From assembly GCA_002256025.1 (NCBI GenBank), contig NKIB01000075.1:1-35437 (forward strand): a stretch of 35,437 bases of DNA. The letters run 5' to 3'. The notes under the pieces were generated by a model. The model was not told the origin of the DNA. It saw nothing but the letters and a program-made list of their open reading frames with translations, and did no database searches. Position 1 is the first letter of the stretch. Every line of letters begins with the position of its first letter. The position numbers were made by a program, and so were the translations under genes. Of this stretch, positions 33,115 through 35,437 are shown piece by piece. Origin of the DNA: Asterionella formosa. Its lineage: Eukaryota.

Positions 33115-33951
33115 ATGTCCACTTATTTGACTCCCCTCATGCGGACAAAAATACTGCGGGGACTTTTGATTGCAATAATAGTTCTGGCGTTTCCTTGTCA
33201 CGAAGGAGCTTCAAGCTTCATGATGGAACCAGCACAGTGCCATCATCAGTCAACCGCATTGAAGCAGGGGTCTGCTACTGAGGAAACTCCGTCGTGGAAG
33301 CAGTATTGCGCGTTGCATCATTCTCCATTGAAACACAGCTTTCACAAGGCAGGAGGCATCCTGTATCGTACATCAGTCTTTTCGAAAGCAGAATTTGCTG
33401 CAATCCAGAAGGATCTCGAACAGCAACAGAAACTTCTCATTGACGAGACGACAAACACGGTAGCCACAAATCGCATGGGGGCAGTTCTGTGTCCAGAAAA
33501 CAGTAAGACTGTAGATATTTTTAAAACAGGAAGCTTGACCACATTGGTCCAACTCCTCATGGGCCAAGACTACCATTTGTCAAGCCACGTCCCGGTGGAA
33601 CTGAGAACTTATGAGAAAATTGGTGCTGGTATGCAGTGGCATGTGGATGATGTCTTGTATGATCCCCCACAGCTGGAGGTGGTTTGGACATTGGAGAACA
33701 CTTCCGATTGTCAAACCATGTGGATCGAGGATGACGCTGCGGCTACAACCCTCCGGACGGTAGAAACGGACGCCAATTCAGTGGTACTTTTGAAAGCAGG
33801 AGGGGTGCAGCACTGTGTATCGTCACTAAAACAAGGGAAACGTATAATTGTCAAATGTGTGTACATCAAGGAGGGGGCCAGATTTAATGCTCAAGAGTTG
33901 GTTGCGCAATTTGGATCCAAAAGAAACAGGACAAGGAAGCGGCGTCAATGA
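33115..33951 (+). CDS. 2-oxoglutarate/Fe(II)-dependent oxygenase-like protein, likely plastid-targeted
   Basis: ELRTY...MQWHVDD (HxD), distal HCVS and GKRIIVK (2OG-binding Arg). Hydrophobic signal followed by ASSF. Start at 33115 or 33139; the track's 33064 is a TTG. Confidence 0.8.
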   Translation: MSTYLTPLMRTKILRGLLIAIIVLAFPCHEGASSFMMEPAQCHHQSTALKQGSATEETPSWKQYCALHHSPLKHSFHKAGGILYRTSVFSKAEFAAIQKDLEQQQKLLIDETTNTVATNRMGAVLCPENSKTVDIFKTGSLTTLVQLLMGQDYHLSSHVPVELRTYEKIGAGMQWHVDDVLYDPPQLEVVWTLENTSDCQTMWIEDDAAATTLRTVETDANSVVLLKAGGVQHCVSSLKQGKRIIVKCVYIKEGARFNAQELVAQFGSKRNRTRKRRQ

Positions 33952-34145
33952 AGAATTGATGGACCTTCATATCAAAATTCATTAAATGCAAAAGGAAGAT
34001 GATTGCTTTCATTTGGACATGATTACTCTGGTATTTTCACCGGAAATATTATTCTTGCGAGGGAACACGAACCGGTAAAGTAGGAGATTGCAATGCATTG
34101 CCTTTGTCAAAAGCTGACGCTAGAGAATAATATCTGCACCATGCC

Positions 34146-35411
34146 TCAAACATCAAGGACTCTTGTGAGGAGGCTTCTCCAATCAATATCATTGCTCCAC
34201 CATTGGACTCGTTTCATCATTTTCCTTTCTTCCTCTACGCTGTTAATGTTTTCAAGCAGTCGTGCTGCTGTGGAAATGAGATCCTCCTCTCGCGAAAATA
34301 CAACTCCCCCACAGGTACTGTACACATCAACTCCAATTTTATCACTCCATTCCTCCATCAATGGTATGCATCCCATTGGGGCAACATCTGAGAGACGGTG
34401 GTATTCTCCTCCTGAAATATTTCCAAAAGCATGCATGGTTAAGCAAATCTTGGCATCGAGGTACGCCTCTACAACATTTTTCTCTCTCATGTTCCTCCCA
34501 AACCGAATGTTCCATTCAGGGTGAAGAGTTTCCATTGTTGCCTTGAGATGATTTCTTCTATTTGTCATCAAGGAAAAGAAAACCACATCATATTGACGCT
34601 GTGCTATTGGTTTGAGCGGTGGAATTCTTAGTGGAGTATGTTTAGTTCCCTTCTGTGGAGGCAACATCGTATTATCATGACCCACCAATCGATTTTGTAT
34701 CATCATTGGAATTAATAGCATACTGCGATCCCCAGTATTTAAGCTCCACTGTTGTGCCAGGAGGTAATTGTGGTCCGAAAAGTCAATCACCAAACAGTTG
34801 GGCGAGTCAAAGCATTTCAGTATATACGCCTTGAAGTTCTTCGTTTGAAAGTATAGTTGCTCGGCTTGGATAATGATCCGAGGTTTGGAGAAATTTGAAT
34901 CGAATTTTCCGTGAAAGCTTGTTTCAACAGTAATGACGTTGTCATGGTAGGAAGGATTAGTAGACCTGTTGAGACCATATCCCTCCAACATTCGGACCAT
35001 GTTTTGTTCCACTGATGTAAATATTTTAACTCGTAAATTGATGAAAAAGAACTGAGAAAGAGACAGAATGTGTTTGGTTTTGTTAAAGGAAGCGGATGAA
35101 TAAGTTGCCATGTGCAAAGCAATGGAATCAAGTGATGACGTTTTATTGGTCAAACTCGTGCACACTGAAGGAGAGTGCTTCCTATAATTGTTATTGTTGT
35201 TATGAAGACTCTTGTTGTCGTCGACAAACTCGGACACAACATTCCATTTCATGTCGTTTGCATTACTTCGTATGCGAAATAGTAGCAACACCAGTACCAT
35301 CAGTGCAACAATGTTGTATCCGCCACGCAACTTCACCCATGATGATGGGCGATCCATACCACGCTGATGGGAAGAAGCCAATATCATGGGTCGTCGATAG
35401 CAAAAAGTCAT
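34146..35411 (-). CDS. Type II membrane protein with a glycosyltransferase (GT-B)-like C-terminal domain
   Basis: Single N-terminal TM segment (IVALMVLVLLLF), a stem region, then YDVVFFSLMTNRR...YLDAKICLTMH...GEYHRLS...GCIPLME. Start codon uncertain. Confidence 0.7.
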   Translation of the reverse strand: MTFCYRRPMILASSHQRGMDRPSSWVKLRGGYNIVALMVLVLLLFRIRSNANDMKWNVVSEFVDDNKSLHNNNNNYRKHSPSVCTSLTNKTSSLDSIALHMATYSSASFNKTKHILSLSQFFFINLRVKIFTSVEQNMVRMLEGYGLNRSTNPSYHDNVITVETSFHGKFDSNFSKPRIIIQAEQLYFQTKNFKAYILKCFDSPNCLVIDFSDHNYLLAQQWSLNTGDRSMLLIPMMIQNRLVGHDNTMLPPQKGTKHTPLRIPPLKPIAQRQYDVVFFSLMTNRRNHLKATMETLHPEWNIRFGRNMREKNVVEAYLDAKICLTMHAFGNISGGEYHRLSDVAPMGCIPLMEEWSDKIGVDVYSTCGGVVFSREEDLISTAARLLENINSVEEERKMMKRVQWWSNDIDWRSLLTRVLDV

Positions 35412-35437
35412 GTACAATGGTCGAACCAAAGAACATT

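Overview
Eukaryotic nuclear DNA, almost certainly from a diatom. Evidence: GT-AG introns with CTAAC/CTCAC branch points, signal peptide + ASAF-like plastid targeting, and diatom-style LRR and PDE proteins. Bases ~330-10400 are gene-poor and repeat-rich. They hold a decayed Crypton-like tyrosine-recombinase fragment, nested tandem duplications (including a near-identical 557-bp duplication) and a ~3.35-kb element with imperfect terminal inverted repeats and a ~21-23-bp phased GATC array. Bases ~10600-35437 are gene-dense: a secreted 24-repeat LRR protein, a cytochrome P450 head-to-head with zeta-carotene isomerase (Z-ISO), a stand-alone cyclic-nucleotide phosphodiesterase, an unassigned protein with two C-x2-C-x9-C-x5-H-x3-PW motifs, plastid Era GTPase head-to-head with clathrin heavy chain, an Emi1/DUF3128-like protein, a 2OG-Fe(II) oxygenase and a glycosyltransferase-like protein. 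The 5' end of a membrane-protein gene missed by the ORF track runs off the left edge. The palindrome TACCGGTA and relatives are strongly enriched outside the confident genes. All family calls come from motif recognition by eye; no searches were run.
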